Below, piece by piece: positions 19,780 through 30,432 of a stretch of 64,000 nt of DNA. The DNA comes from Salinivirgaceae bacterium. Lineage in GTDB: Bacteria; Bacteroidota; Bacteroidia; Bacteroidales; SZUA-534. The translations under genes and the position numbers were made by a program. Each line of letters opens with the position of its first letter. Within the stretch, counting starts at the first letter, position 1. Location: contig JAKSOL010000010.1 in assembly GCA_024405635.1 (NCBI GenBank), forward strand, positions 32,001 to 96,000, given 5' to 3'. Under the pieces are notes generated by a model that was given only the letters and a program-made list of their open reading frames with translations, searched no databases and was not told the origin of the DNA.

Positions 19780-20865
19780 TTATTGTTCGTTGAGCACCAT
19801 ATAATCGTAATGCACAACAGGTTTTGATAGTTTTTTGGTAATCGACTTTTCCAAAATTTCGGAGCTGTAGGCTGTTTTTCCTATTCCAATTTGTTCGCCT
19901 TGTGGTCCGCAAATAGCAACAATGTCGCCTTTTTCAAAAAATCCACTTACTGCTGTTATTCCAACCGAAAGTAAGCTTGATGCTTTTTCGCTTAACAAGG
20001 CTTGCATTGCGCCGCTATTTACAGTAACAACACCTTTAGCAAACGACTGCGAATGTGCTAACCATTTTTTTACACTTGTTGCTTTTTTGGTATGTGGCAC
20101 AAAGTGCGTAAAGTCTTTAAGTTTACCATTTACAAGGTCTGAAATAACATTTGGACGTGTGCCATTGGCAATGTACACGTTTATGCCCTCGCTTGCAATT
20201 TTTGAAGCAATTGAGCATTTGGTAAGCATTCCACCGCGACCAAAGCCCGATTTAGTAGGCGCTATGTATTTTTCAACTGCTGCAAAATTGGTGTCAATTT
20301 TTCGTATCAGTTCCGAACCTTCTTTGTCTGGAGCTCCGGTGTAAACTCCATCGATGTTTGATAATATGATTAGCGAGTCGCAATTCATCATTGAGGCAAT
20401 GAAACCCGATAGTTCGTCGTTATCGGTAAACATCAACTCGGTTACGCTAATGGTATCGTTTTCGTTTACTATTGGCACAACATGATTTTCAATCATGGAT
20501 GTGATGCAGTTTTTCATTGTTAGATAGTGTCGGCGGTCGGCAAAGTTTTCTTTTGTGGTTAAAACTTGTGCGCAATGCAAATCGTTTGCCTCAAAACGTT
20601 GAATGTATAGCGACATTAGTTTTACTTGTCCCACCGCTGACCAAACTTGCTTAGCCGACACAAGGTCAGTTTTTTTCGATACCTCAACCTCGCCACGACC
20701 TGCTGCCACTGCTCCCGACGACACTACTATAACCTCGGTTCCTGCTTTTTGTAATGCCGATATTTGATTTACCAATTCGGTAATGCGTTCGGTGTTGAGC
20801 GAGCCGTCGTTTTTGGCTAATACGTTGCTGCCTATCTTTATTGTTATTCGTTTAAACTTTTGCAT
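19780..20865 (-). CDS. proB: glutamate 5-kinase with PUA domain
   Basis: KIGSN, VSSGAVAAG, NEND, DNDELS and GRGGMLTK motifs. Confidence 0.96.
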   Translation of the reverse strand: MQKFKRITIKIGSNVLAKNDGSLNTERITELVNQISALQKAGTEVIVVSSGAVAAGRGEVEVSKKTDLVSAKQVWSAVGQVKLMSLYIQRFEANDLHCAQVLTTKENFADRRHYLTMKNCITSMIENHVVPIVNENDTISVTELMFTDNDELSGFIASMMNCDSLIILSNIDGVYTGAPDKEGSELIRKIDTNFAAVEKYIAPTKSGFGRGGMLTKCSIASKIASEGINVYIANGTRPNVISDLVNGKLKDFTHFVPHTKKATSVKKWLAHSQSFAKGVVTVNSGAMQALLSEKASSLLSVGITAVSGFFEKGDIVAICGPQGEQIGIGKTAYSSEILEKSITKKLSKPVVHYDYMVLNEQ

Positions 20866-20884
20866 CTGCTTGTATTATTGTATG

Positions 20885-23800
20885 TTATTTTTTCTTCTTT
20901 TTTCCTTTATCCTCTTGTGGCACAGCATCAACAGGAGCATCGGCTGGAGCTTCAATTTTCATCAAGCTATCGGTGCGTATGCTGTCTAATCTAATGCTAT
21001 CGAGTTGCAGTTGATCGAGTTCGTCAAAAGCCGAAACGCTGTCGCTTGCCTGTAGCACGTTACCGTCTTCGTCAACAAACACTTCGTCATCAATGTCGCC
21101 ATCGCCTTCTGGGGCTTCAATATTAAGGTCGATGCGCTTCAAGAAATCGTCTTTCTTCTTTTTGTTCGATAAGAAGAATGAATAAGCCATTTGTCCACGA
21201 ATTGCAGGCAACCTACGTGCATTACCTTTTATTGATGTGATTACTGAATTGAATTTTTGGTCGCAGCTGTATGCCTGCATCAAACCTCTTTTGTATGAGA
21301 AGAAGTACCACAAATCGGGGTTAAGTTCCATGTAAATGTTGAGAGCATCGGCACTTCGTTTGCGGTCAATTTCAATAACAAACTTAACGCGACGGTTAAT
21401 TTGGTATCCACCAAGGTTAACCAATCCAATTTCGCCAACCGATTGCCACGAGCGTGTTTTCTTGTTCCAAACCATACGCATTTCCGACAATACCATGGCT
21501 TTGTTCATTTCCTCTGGTATTTGGTTCAGTTTACCAAATATGTTTTGCTCGGTAAACATTTTCTGTGCACGTCCTGAACCCATCAATTCGCGCACGCCTT
21601 TAGTATAAACCGAGCTGATAAGACTAATGTTCTTGCGGTTTTTATCGGCAAGAATTGTATCGGCAATAACCTTAAAGCACTCTTGTGGCAGATAGAAATC
21701 AAGTGTCATAAGAATGTCCATTGAGTATTGGTCAAAGGCAATGTCGTAGGTTGTTTTACCTTTTGCCACAGCCTTAACACGTCCAAGATTTGCGACAAGA
21801 TCGATGCTACCGTCGGTTGTAATGGTGCAAGCTTTTTTGTTTAGTCGCATGTAGTTGCCCAAACTATCGTTGTAGGTTATGCGCTCGCGGCTACCTATTT
21901 CATAAAAATCGCCATAACGGTTGTAGTGTAGATAACCTTGTGTGTGGGTAATGTGGCGGTTGCTGTACCAACGACGAGGCGACAAGAATGCTGGGTAAAG
22001 GTAAACCGAGTCCATACCCATCATGGCTCCCGAAGTTAGGAATGCGTTATTGATGCTCATTGGTTGGCTATCGATTGGCACAAACACATCTTTTGGGTCA
22101 ATTTCAGCATGAAAGTTTACCCAAGTTTTTGGAATGTCGCAGTTATGAACAATGGCTGTTGCTCCGGTGTAATCAAGCAACGGATTTTGCGACTTCATAT
22201 TAACTTTTCCTTGATACTTAAAGGCTGGCGAAAGTGTAAAGTCGTCGATACTTTTAATTCTACCCTCGCCTATGGTTTGTCCAGCAGTGTCAACCTTAAT
22301 TGGATCAAACGCAATGTACTCTACTTCGCCATTGTTTTGAGTATATGTATAGTCGCCATTTCCGTAATATTTATGGCGAGTTTCAATATCAACATTTGCA
22401 TTTACCAAATGGTGGTAGTTATGAAGTGTATCGGCATCAATTTTAGCTTTTTTCAATTTGCGAATTTTTGCCATTGGTTCAATGGTCATTTCGCCTTGAT
22501 CAGGATAAATGCGAGCATCGGCAATAGGCACATAGTTTACCTTGTGAGCCGACATAATGTTGTCGGTTAGGCTGAAGTCCAACAGAGGCGAAACCCAATA
22601 GAGCGAATCTTGCCCTTTGTGTGTTGACACAAACAAGCTACCAGTGTTGCGGTCGATATTGGATGAGCTACGTGTGCGGTCAACTTCTTTTGAGCTGGCA
22701 AACTGCATCTGTTTTTTTCGCATCATCCAACTAAAATTCTCAACCCAAGCTAAATAAAGGTTTTCAGGAAAATCGACTCGTTCGGTTCCACTATTGCTTT
22801 TAAAGGTTGCTTTACCTGATGCAAAATCGACATGGGCTTTTAAATTTTTAGTACTAACGGCCAGATTTTCAGGCCTATACGACTTAATTTGCAAACTTGC
22901 AGTATCGCAGCTATAATCGGTGTGGCGCATTTTGAACAAATTTGAGGTTATAGCTCCATCAAATTGTGTTGCAGTTCCTTTGGCTGTGATGCTGTTTGTG
23001 CCATAAAACACGTGACCTTTGAGTTCGCACTCGCCTTTAAACAGAGCAAGAGGAGCACCAAGGCTCTTAATGTCAAGCACATCGTTATATGGTTCCCAAT
23101 GAATGTAGGCTTGTGTAGCTGCCACGTTGGTATGAATGCCAGGTTTGTTATCAATTGTCATTGATGTTGTTATGGCATTGGCCGAGTCGGGGAAGAACAA
23201 AAAGTCGTCGGATTTAATATCGGCAAGTTGATATTTAACCTCACCATTTCCACGCAAACCTTTGTTACTCATGTAAATATCGTTGTAGTATGTGCCCTTG
23301 CCTTTGTAGGCGGAATAGCCTTGAGGCGCATGCTCAACAAAACCAAACGAGAAGTCGTCTTGCACCGACAATCGTTGTTTGAAAACTGGGAAGATGTCGG
23401 CAGAATGTAGTTCGCCATCGTAGCCCAATGCTTCGGTTGAGAAGTGGTTCAAACTGTCGATGGTGTAAGGATAAACTTGGAAATAGAAGTTGTCGCGAAT
23501 GTATTTTCCGTCGGCAATATGCGGTGCGTCGTAGTAAACGTACGAGTCTTTTTCTGATGCAAAAATTGGGTATTGCAAGTATCGCTTAACGCCCGATTTG
23601 TTACCGGGGTCGTCAATTTTCAGTTTTCCGGTAATGTTCTCAATGGAGTTTTGCACGTTGGCAAGCATACGCTCACCTTTAGCGTTAGTTCCCGTTTTAA
23701 CTTTTACTTTAAGAGAGTCAACGTGACTAAGCTCAACCATAAAATCGTCGTAGTTGAAGTGGAAATCGGTACCATAGAAAGTGAACAAACCTGCCTCAAT

Positions 23801-25612
23801 TCGACCACCGAAGTCAAAGTTCATGTCGCGTTTCACAAGGATTTGACCTTTGCTGGGATAAAAAATAACGTTTTGGCTATCGGACACGTTAACCATAGGA
23901 ACACCACGAATGGCCAAGTCCATATTCAAAAGATTTAGTTCGGCATTGTTTATGCCTGAGCCTGTTTCCGATTCAAGTTTAATCAAGTCGTAGTCGCGTT
24001 TTCCAACCACACAATCGAGATATCGGTACAATTTTGGAAGAACAACAACCCAATCGGTTTCGGTATTCAGTTCTACTATCTTATTATAAGCCAACTGAAT
24101 AAGCAAACGTTTGGTGGTTGTCATGCCCATTTTTATATATTTAGCAAAGTCTTCAACATAAAACTCTTTGCTTCCAAAACGCTGAACAAACGACCTCAAC
24201 ATTAAATATGGGTGAGTTTCTTCCAATCCTTGAGCCTCGTAATAACGTTGAGCACTGAAATAGTTTTGCGACTCAAAGTTTGCGTAGTTGATGGTACTAC
24301 CAATGGTATTACCCATAAAAATTTTGTCATCGTCCATTTGCCAAGTAAGCAACGAAAAGTCGAGCTCCATTTTGTGGTACGAGTCAACATACGGACTTCG
24401 CGACATGTTTTCGGGGCTATTATCGCGCAACAATTCAATGGTTCGAGTATCGTTGTTGTACTTAAACTCCAAACCTGGGTGAAAAATTGAATCGTCTTCA
24501 ATGTATATTGATGTTTTGGCGTTGAGCGAACGGGCACGATCTGATTTAAAGCTAAAGTGCTTACCTTCAATGTACATCACCTTGCGCTTGCCAGTTACTG
24601 TTTCACCCTTTTCGTTTGCATAAAGGTACTCGCGATAGAATGTCAGTTTTGCAGGATTATCAGCGGTTCCAGCACCCGAAACCTTTGAACCACTAGCTAT
24701 AAAACCGCCTTGAAAATCAATATCGGTATATAGGTTTTTAATTTTCAGTTGTTGGTCGTCCGATTGAAATTTAGGATAGTTGCCTTTATATGAGTTTTCA
24801 ACCACTTTATCGGTTATTGTACCAATAATGGCGTCTGAGAAATATGGCAAGTTGTAGTAGTACACGTTTTTCATGGTGTACGACTGGTGGGCAAGGTTAA
24901 TTGTGTATTGGTCAACCTCGGCCCAAGTTGAGTCGCGCGACAAACCTACGCGTTCCCAAAACACCATACCCGAGTTGCCATACCACATGTTTGATATTGG
25001 GTTAAAGTAGCCCGATGTGTTATAAATTGTCAAACTATCGTTGCGTACTTTGCAATGAAGGTCAAGGTTGTCGTAGTAGTAACATGTTGTGTCGCCCAAC
25101 GACATAATTTGGAAACTACTGTTGCTACCATACCAACGCATTCCGTATGACGAATAAATGGCGTTTTCTTTCAACATTCGCACAATACTGCTATTGTACT
25201 TGTCCATATCGCTCAATTTTGACTTTTTATTGTTGAGCATGCGAATCAAGCCATCTTGCCACGAATCGTAACTATATTCTGATATTTCGACAGTGTTTAC
25301 AGCCTCAAGAGCAAGCAAATAGTTGTATATATTTGGATATGCGCGGCCTTTGCGAGTCAAGTATTGGTTGCAAATTTCGTAAACCTTTTGGCGTCGTTCG
25401 GGAGTAAAAATTTCGTCGTTGTACCAAATTGGGTTCAACATAGCCACAATTTCCTTGCCCTTTGGTGCGCTTACATCGTTTTGCGAGAACAAATCTTGAA
25501 GGTCTTTGATAAACGCTTTTGGTTCGGGAGTGAGCGTACGTACTGGTTTTTGTGCCAACGCAACCATTGGCAACAAAAGTAAGGTTATGATAAATAGTTT
25601 TAGTTTATTCAT
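20885..25612 (-). CDS. very large secreted beta-rich hypothetical protein
   Basis: About 1575 aa, Sec signal peptide ending ALA-Q, acidic then basic low-complexity tail; lies between prmA and proB. Confidence 0.85.
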   Translation of the reverse strand: MNKLKLFIITLLLLPMVALAQKPVRTLTPEPKAFIKDLQDLFSQNDVSAPKGKEIVAMLNPIWYNDEIFTPERRQKVYEICNQYLTRKGRAYPNIYNYLLALEAVNTVEISEYSYDSWQDGLIRMLNNKKSKLSDMDKYNSSIVRMLKENAIYSSYGMRWYGSNSSFQIMSLGDTTCYYYDNLDLHCKVRNDSLTIYNTSGYFNPISNMWYGNSGMVFWERVGLSRDSTWAEVDQYTINLAHQSYTMKNVYYYNLPYFSDAIIGTITDKVVENSYKGNYPKFQSDDQQLKIKNLYTDIDFQGGFIASGSKVSGAGTADNPAKLTFYREYLYANEKGETVTGKRKVMYIEGKHFSFKSDRARSLNAKTSIYIEDDSIFHPGLEFKYNNDTRTIELLRDNSPENMSRSPYVDSYHKMELDFSLLTWQMDDDKIFMGNTIGSTINYANFESQNYFSAQRYYEAQGLEETHPYLMLRSFVQRFGSKEFYVEDFAKYIKMGMTTTKRLLIQLAYNKIVELNTETDWVVVLPKLYRYLDCVVGKRDYDLIKLESETGSGINNAELNLLNMDLAIRGVPMVNVSDSQNVIFYPSKGQILVKRDMNFDFGGRIEAGLFTFYGTDFHFNYDDFMVELSHVDSLKVKVKTGTNAKGERMLANVQNSIENITGKLKIDDPGNKSGVKRYLQYPIFASEKDSYVYYDAPHIADGKYIRDNFYFQVYPYTIDSLNHFSTEALGYDGELHSADIFPVFKQRLSVQDDFSFGFVEHAPQGYSAYKGKGTYYNDIYMSNKGLRGNGEVKYQLADIKSDDFLFFPDSANAITTSMTIDNKPGIHTNVAATQAYIHWEPYNDVLDIKSLGAPLALFKGECELKGHVFYGTNSITAKGTATQFDGAITSNLFKMRHTDYSCDTASLQIKSYRPENLAVSTKNLKAHVDFASGKATFKSNSGTERVDFPENLYLAWVENFSWMMRKKQMQFASSKEVDRTRSSSNIDRNTGSLFVSTHKGQDSLYWVSPLLDFSLTDNIMSAHKVNYVPIADARIYPDQGEMTIEPMAKIRKLKKAKIDADTLHNYHHLVNANVDIETRHKYYGNGDYTYTQNNGEVEYIAFDPIKVDTAGQTIGEGRIKSIDDFTLSPAFKYQGKVNMKSQNPLLDYTGATAIVHNCDIPKTWVNFHAEIDPKDVFVPIDSQPMSINNAFLTSGAMMGMDSVYLYPAFLSPRRWYSNRHITHTQGYLHYNRYGDFYEIGSRERITYNDSLGNYMRLNKKACTITTDGSIDLVANLGRVKAVAKGKTTYDIAFDQYSMDILMTLDFYLPQECFKVIADTILADKNRKNISLISSVYTKGVRELMGSGRAQKMFTEQNIFGKLNQIPEEMNKAMVLSEMRMVWNKKTRSWQSVGEIGLVNLGGYQINRRVKFVIEIDRKRSADALNIYMELNPDLWYFFSYKRGLMQAYSCDQKFNSVITSIKGNARRLPAIRGQMAYSFFLSNKKKKDDFLKRIDLNIEAPEGDGDIDDEVFVDEDGNVLQASDSVSAFDELDQLQLDSIRLDSIRTDSLMKIEAPADAPVDAVPQEDKGKKKKK

Positions 25613-25618
25613 TTTCAA

Positions 25619-26455
25619 CTATTTAGAACAAAACAGAGCACTTACCCACTCGTTTTGGTTTATTACTTTTTCGAGTTTCAAGCCTAGTTGTTCAGCTCGT
25701 TGGTTAAGTATCTCAACATCAGACTGATAAAAACCGCTCAAACAAACCAAAGCTCCTGCATTTAACTTTGATGCATAAACCGGCAACTGTTCAAGCAAAA
25801 TATTGCGGTTAATGTTTGCCAAAATCACATCAAAACTGCCACTTATAGCCTCGCTACCACCAAGTTTTACTTCGATTTTTGAAGCACCATTTGTTGCAAC
25901 ATTTTCAATGGCATTTTTATACGACCATTCGTCAATGTCGATAGCTGTAACTTGTGCAGCGCCAAGTTTTTCGGCTGCAATAGCAAGTACACCAGTTCCG
26001 CAACCCATGTCAAGCACTTTTTTGCCACACAAGTCCATACCCAACATTTGAGTAATCATTAAGCATGTGGTGGCATGATGTCCTGTACCAAACGACATTT
26101 TGGGGTCAATAACAATGTCGATGTCAAAGTTTGTATCGGGTTGGTGAAAAGGTGCACGAATTCGGCAACGATTTGCTATACAAATTGGAGTAAAATCGGC
26201 CTCCCACTTAGCATTCCAATCAACGTCGGGCATTTGGTTTGCTGCTATTTCTAATTTATCAAGCATTGCCTTAACCGGTTCAACTGCCGACTCAATTTCT
26301 TCAATATTAAAAACAGCGGTGGGAATATAAGCTAACACGCCTGATTTTGTATCCATAAAACTATCGCATTGTGTTTCAGACAACAACGCAGTTATTATCT
26401 CTTTATTTTCGGCCGATGCTGGCTCAATATCAATCTTTATTTCGGTGTATTGCAT
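25619..26455 (-). CDS. prmA: ribosomal protein L11 methyltransferase
   Basis: DWNAKWE, PKMSFGTGHHATT, LDMGCGTG and ANINRN motifs; TAATTTTG box at 26472-26479. Confidence 0.96.
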   Translation of the reverse strand: MQYTEIKIDIEPASAENKEIITALLSETQCDSFMDTKSGVLAYIPTAVFNIEEIESAVEPVKAMLDKLEIAANQMPDVDWNAKWEADFTPICIANRCRIRAPFHQPDTNFDIDIVIDPKMSFGTGHHATTCLMITQMLGMDLCGKKVLDMGCGTGVLAIAAEKLGAAQVTAIDIDEWSYKNAIENVATNGASKIEVKLGGSEAISGSFDVILANINRNILLEQLPVYASKLNAGALVCLSGFYQSDVEILNQRAEQLGLKLEKVINQNEWVSALFCSK

Positions 26456-26584
26456 GTCAAAATGTTTGAAGCAAAATTAAGCACAAAGTTAACCTTATTG
26501 CAAAAGAGAAACCTACTGCAAATAGTTGGCGTTTACACAATTTGTCAACAAGAAATATACCTACATATCAGAATGTGGGTTTAC

Positions 26585-26621
26585 AAAAAAAAAAGCCCCA
26601 CATTCATAACGAATGCAGGGC
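26585..26621 (-). terminator. intrinsic terminator
   Basis: GCCC-CATTC / GAATG-GGGC hairpin followed by a long U run on the minus strand. Confidence 0.75.
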
Positions 26622-26647
26622 CATAATTGTATTAACCTAATTACAAT

Positions 26648-28357
26648 CTATGCTTTGTAAAGATTGATTTCGTCAAGATTTGAGTTTTTGATAAATGCTG
26701 CACGTTGAGCGTTTTGTGCACGTGTGAATTTAACAAATACCTCAACCGATTTGTCGAACAAGTTGCAGTTGTTTGCATCGCGCAACAACAAGTACGACAT
26801 AATGGTGTAACCTGCCATTTCAACCATACGGCGAGCATGCAACTCAATGTACTCGGTCGATTCTTTTTCAACAACCTCTTTAACGGTTTCTTCGTACTCG
26901 TTGGTAATGTTGATAAGAATGTTGCGCAATGGTTGCAATTCTGCTTTTACGCTTGCTGTTTCAGCCTCAAGGTTACGAATCATTTCCAAATAGAAACCTG
27001 TTGTTACATAGCGAGTTGCAGCAACTACTTGCAATTGAGTTGTACCTTCGTAGATGCTGGTGATACGAGCATCGCGATACAAGCGTTCGCAAGTGTAGTC
27101 TTTCATAAAGCCCGAACCGCCGTGAACTTGAATACAATCGTAAGCGTTTTGGTTAGCAAACTCGCTGCCCAAACCTTTTGAAAGTGGGGTTAAAGCGTCG
27201 GCCATTTTTGAGTATTTTTTACCCTCAGCGCGCTCCTCTGGAGTCAATTTGCGTTCTTTTGAAATATCGTCAAGAGATTTGTAAATATCAACGTAACGAG
27301 CTGTTTCGTAAATAATTGCACGAGCAGCATCAAGTTTTGCTTTCATAGTTACAAGCATCTCAGACACTGCCGAGAACTCAATGATTGATTTACCAAATTG
27401 CTTGCGGTCGTTTGCATAAGCAAGAGCCTCGTTGTATGCTGCTTGTGAAATACCTGCCGATTGAACTGCGATGCCCAAACGTGCGCTATTCATCAAAGCC
27501 ATAACGTATTTAATAAGACCAAGTTTACGCTCGCCACAAAGTTCTGCTTTAGCGTTTTTGTAAACGATTTCGCAAGTTGGAGAACCTTTAATACCAAGTT
27601 TATTCTCAATGCGACGAACATTTACACCACCGTTGCGTTTGTCGTAAATAAACATTGAAAGACCACGACCGTCGTGAGTTCCCTCTTCAGAACGAGCCAA
27701 AACCAAGTGAATGTCGGCATCACCATTGGTAATGAAACGTTTTACACCGTTAAGGTACCAGCAGTTGTCTTTTTCGCTGTAGGTTGCTTTTAGCATAACC
27801 GATTGCAAGTCAGAACCTGCATCTGGCTCGGTAAGGTCCATTGACATTGTTTCGCCGTTGCAAACGCGTGAGATAAAGCGTTGGCGTTGGTCTTCGTTAC
27901 CAAACTCGTAAAGAGTCTCGGCGCAGTCTTGCAAGCCCCAAAGGTTTTCAAAACCAGCATCGGCGCTGCTCACCATGTCGGCAGCCATAATGTAAGGAAC
28001 GGTAGGAAGGTTTAGTCCGCCAAAGCGACGAGGCATTGACATTCCCATCAAGCCAGCCTTGCGGGTAATATCAAGGTTTTCAACAGTTCCCGATGCATAA
28101 CGCACGCGGTTGTTTTCGCAAACTGGACCTTCGTGGTCAACTCCTTCAGCGTTTGGAGCTATTGTTTCGGCGCAAATTTCGCCAACAATTTCCATAACAC
28201 GATTGTAGTTGTCCATTGCATCTTCAAAGTCGGTTGGTGCATAGTCATATTCCTTTGCATCAGCAAAATTTCTCTCTTTCAGTTCCACAATGCGACGCAT
28301 AAGTGGATTGTTCAAGTGAAATTTTAGTTCTGGGGTATCGTTATAATAATTTGCCAT
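26648..28357 (-). CDS. acyl-CoA dehydrogenase (Bacteroidales ETF-linked type)
   Basis: MDLTEPDAGSDL, NGVKRFITNG, KLGIKGSPT, QVHGGSG and IYEGTTQLQ motifs. Confidence 0.95.
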   Translation of the reverse strand: MANYYNDTPELKFHLNNPLMRRIVELKERNFADAKEYDYAPTDFEDAMDNYNRVMEIVGEICAETIAPNAEGVDHEGPVCENNRVRYASGTVENLDITRKAGLMGMSMPRRFGGLNLPTVPYIMAADMVSSADAGFENLWGLQDCAETLYEFGNEDQRQRFISRVCNGETMSMDLTEPDAGSDLQSVMLKATYSEKDNCWYLNGVKRFITNGDADIHLVLARSEEGTHDGRGLSMFIYDKRNGGVNVRRIENKLGIKGSPTCEIVYKNAKAELCGERKLGLIKYVMALMNSARLGIAVQSAGISQAAYNEALAYANDRKQFGKSIIEFSAVSEMLVTMKAKLDAARAIIYETARYVDIYKSLDDISKERKLTPEERAEGKKYSKMADALTPLSKGLGSEFANQNAYDCIQVHGGSGFMKDYTCERLYRDARITSIYEGTTQLQVVAATRYVTTGFYLEMIRNLEAETASVKAELQPLRNILINITNEYEETVKEVVEKESTEYIELHARRMVEMAGYTIMSYLLLRDANNCNLFDKSVEVFVKFTRAQNAQRAAFIKNSNLDEINLYKA

Positions 28358-28380
28358 TGTAATATCTTTTTAAGTGATTG

Positions 28381-29400
28381 TTACTTAGAGTTTTGCTTGT
28401 AGTATTTAATCATTTTTGGCAACACATCTTCAACGTTGCCCACAATCACATAGTCGGCAATTTTGTTGATTGGAGCCTCAGGATCGTTGTTGATTGAAAT
28501 AATCATGCTCGACTCTTGCATGCCTGCAATGTGCTGAATTTGGCCCGAGATGCCGCAAGCGATGTAAAGTTTAGGACGAACTGTAACACCAGTTTGACCA
28601 ATTTGGCGTTCGTGCTCAACAAAGCCAGCATCAACTGCGGCACGTGATGCACCAACTTCGGCGCTAATGGCGTTTGCCAAATCGAACAATAGTTGGAAGT
28701 TTTCTTTTGAACCTACACCGTATCCACCTGCCACAATGATTGGCGAGTTTTTGATATTGATTTTTGATTTTTCGATGTGGCGCTCAATGATGCTCACAAC
28801 AAAATCTTCGGCCTTAACATATTTGTTTACATCAAGATTAACGATTTCGCCTTTGTGGTTTGCGTCAAAAATTTCTTTACGCATAACTCCCTCGCGTACT
28901 GTTGCCATTTGTGGACGGCACTCAGGGTTTACGATTGTTGCAATGATGTTACCACCAAATGCTGGACGAATTTGATATAGAAGGTTTTGATATTCTTTTC
29001 CGCTTTTTGCATCGGTGTGAGGGCCAATTTCAAGGTTGGTACAATCGGCAGTCAAACCGCTATGTAAAGCCGACGAAACGCGTGGACCAAGGTCGCGGCC
29101 AACGGTTGTAGCTCCCATAAAGGCAATTTGTGGTTGTTGCTCTTGGAAAAGTTTGATAACGATTGATGAGTGTGGCAATGTTTGGTAGTGCTCAAGGCGA
29201 GCGTCGTCGGCCAAATAAACCACATCGGCTCCGTAAGGGAATACTTGCGATGGTGCGTTTTTAAGATCTTTACCAATAATTAAAGCCTCAAGCTTGCAGC
29301 CAAGTTGGTTTGCCAACGAACGGCCTTTTGTAAGCAATTCAAGGCTAACGTCGGCTACTTTGCCGTCTTCAAATTCGCAGTAAACTATAATGTTGTTCAT
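28381..29400 (-). CDS. etfA: electron transfer flavoprotein alpha subunit
   Basis: GLTADCT, RPAFGG, GASRAAVDAG, QIGQTG and GISGQIQH motifs. Confidence 0.96.
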   Translation of the reverse strand: MNNIIVYCEFEDGKVADVSLELLTKGRSLANQLGCKLEALIIGKDLKNAPSQVFPYGADVVYLADDARLEHYQTLPHSSIVIKLFQEQQPQIAFMGATTVGRDLGPRVSSALHSGLTADCTNLEIGPHTDAKSGKEYQNLLYQIRPAFGGNIIATIVNPECRPQMATVREGVMRKEIFDANHKGEIVNLDVNKYVKAEDFVVSIIERHIEKSKINIKNSPIIVAGGYGVGSKENFQLLFDLANAISAEVGASRAAVDAGFVEHERQIGQTGVTVRPKLYIACGISGQIQHIAGMQESSMIISINNDPEAPINKIADYVIVGNVEDVLPKMIKYYKQNSK

Positions 29401-29428
29401 ATTTCTTACTATTTGATTTGTGAGTTAA

Positions 29429-30301
29429 TTAGCCAATTGTGTGATTGCTTATCAATTCTTGCATCAGGTCGTTAATTTCGTTGTCGGTATCGCCCAACAC
29501 TTTCGACTCTTTGGCTTGGAATACAATGTTCATAACGTTTTTAACCTTGGTAGGCGAACCCGACATACCAAGTTGCTCGGCCTCGCAAGTAATATTTGCA
29601 ACGCCCCACTCTTTAATATCAAGATAAGGACGACCTTCAGCAACTTCAGCCAATTTTGGGTTAGCTGTGCGCTCGCTTGGTGTTGCAGCGTTTTTGAACT
29701 TCATAACGCGTTTTGCGTTACGAGGGCGGCAAGGTGCAGCCGAACCGTTTACGGTTATTAGCAATGGCATTGCGCCTGCAACAACTTCGGTTCCGTGCTC
29801 CAAACGACGTTTTACTGTTATTGTTCTTTCGTCAATCTTAACCACCTCTTCAGCGTAGGTAATTTGAGGAATGCCTAGTTTTTCAGCCACTTGAGGACCA
29901 ACTTGAGCGGTATCACCGTCAATAGCTTGACGACCACCAATAATAAGATCGAACTCGCCAATGCTGCGAATTGCACACGACAAAGCGTATGATGTTGCCA
30001 AGGTGTCGGCACCTGCAAATGCACGATCGGTAAGCAAAACACCACCATCGGCACCACGGAACATTCCTTCGCGCAAAATTTCAGAAGCACGACCAGGACC
30101 CATGGTCAACATTGTGATTTCGGTTCCTGGAACTTGCTCTTTGATGCGTAATGCTTGCTCAAGAGCGTTCAAATCTTCGGGGTTGAAAATAGCTGGCAGA
30201 GCCGCACGGTTCACGGTTCCAGCCTCGGTCATAGCGTCTTTGCCAACGTTGCGAGTATCTGGTACTTGCTTGGCAAGAACGATTATTTTTAATCCTTTCA
30301 T
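29429..30301 (-). CDS. etfB: electron transfer flavoprotein beta subunit
   Basis: KQVPDT, NPED, GADTLATS and GRQAIDGDTAQVG motifs; start taken at MKGLKII. Confidence 0.96.
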   Translation of the reverse strand: MKGLKIIVLAKQVPDTRNVGKDAMTEAGTVNRAALPAIFNPEDLNALEQALRIKEQVPGTEITMLTMGPGRASEILREGMFRGADGGVLLTDRAFAGADTLATSYALSCAIRSIGEFDLIIGGRQAIDGDTAQVGPQVAEKLGIPQITYAEEVVKIDERTITVKRRLEHGTEVVAGAMPLLITVNGSAAPCRPRNAKRVMKFKNAATPSERTANPKLAEVAEGRPYLDIKEWGVANITCEAEQLGMSGSPTKVKNVMNIVFQAKESKVLGDTDNEINDLMQELISNHTIG

Positions 30302-30374
30302 ATAGTATATTTTGAGGTAAAATTGTGTTTTCGACTTTGAGTTAAACAAAGATTGTGCCAATGTTATTCCTATC

Positions 30375-30412
30375 AAAAAAAAATCCTAACAACCATTGTG
30401 GATGTTAGGATT
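30375..30412 (-). terminator. intrinsic terminator
   Basis: AATCCTAACA / TGTTAGGATT stem with a U run on the minus strand. Confidence 0.75.
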
Positions 30413-30432
30413 CGTGTTCAATGTTTTGCTTT

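Noticed and set aside
26648-30301. etfB-etfA-acyl-CoA dehydrogenase as a novel or butyrate-forming system
   Set aside because: This is a common Bacteroidales operon, and no thiolase, hbd or crotonase genes are nearby.
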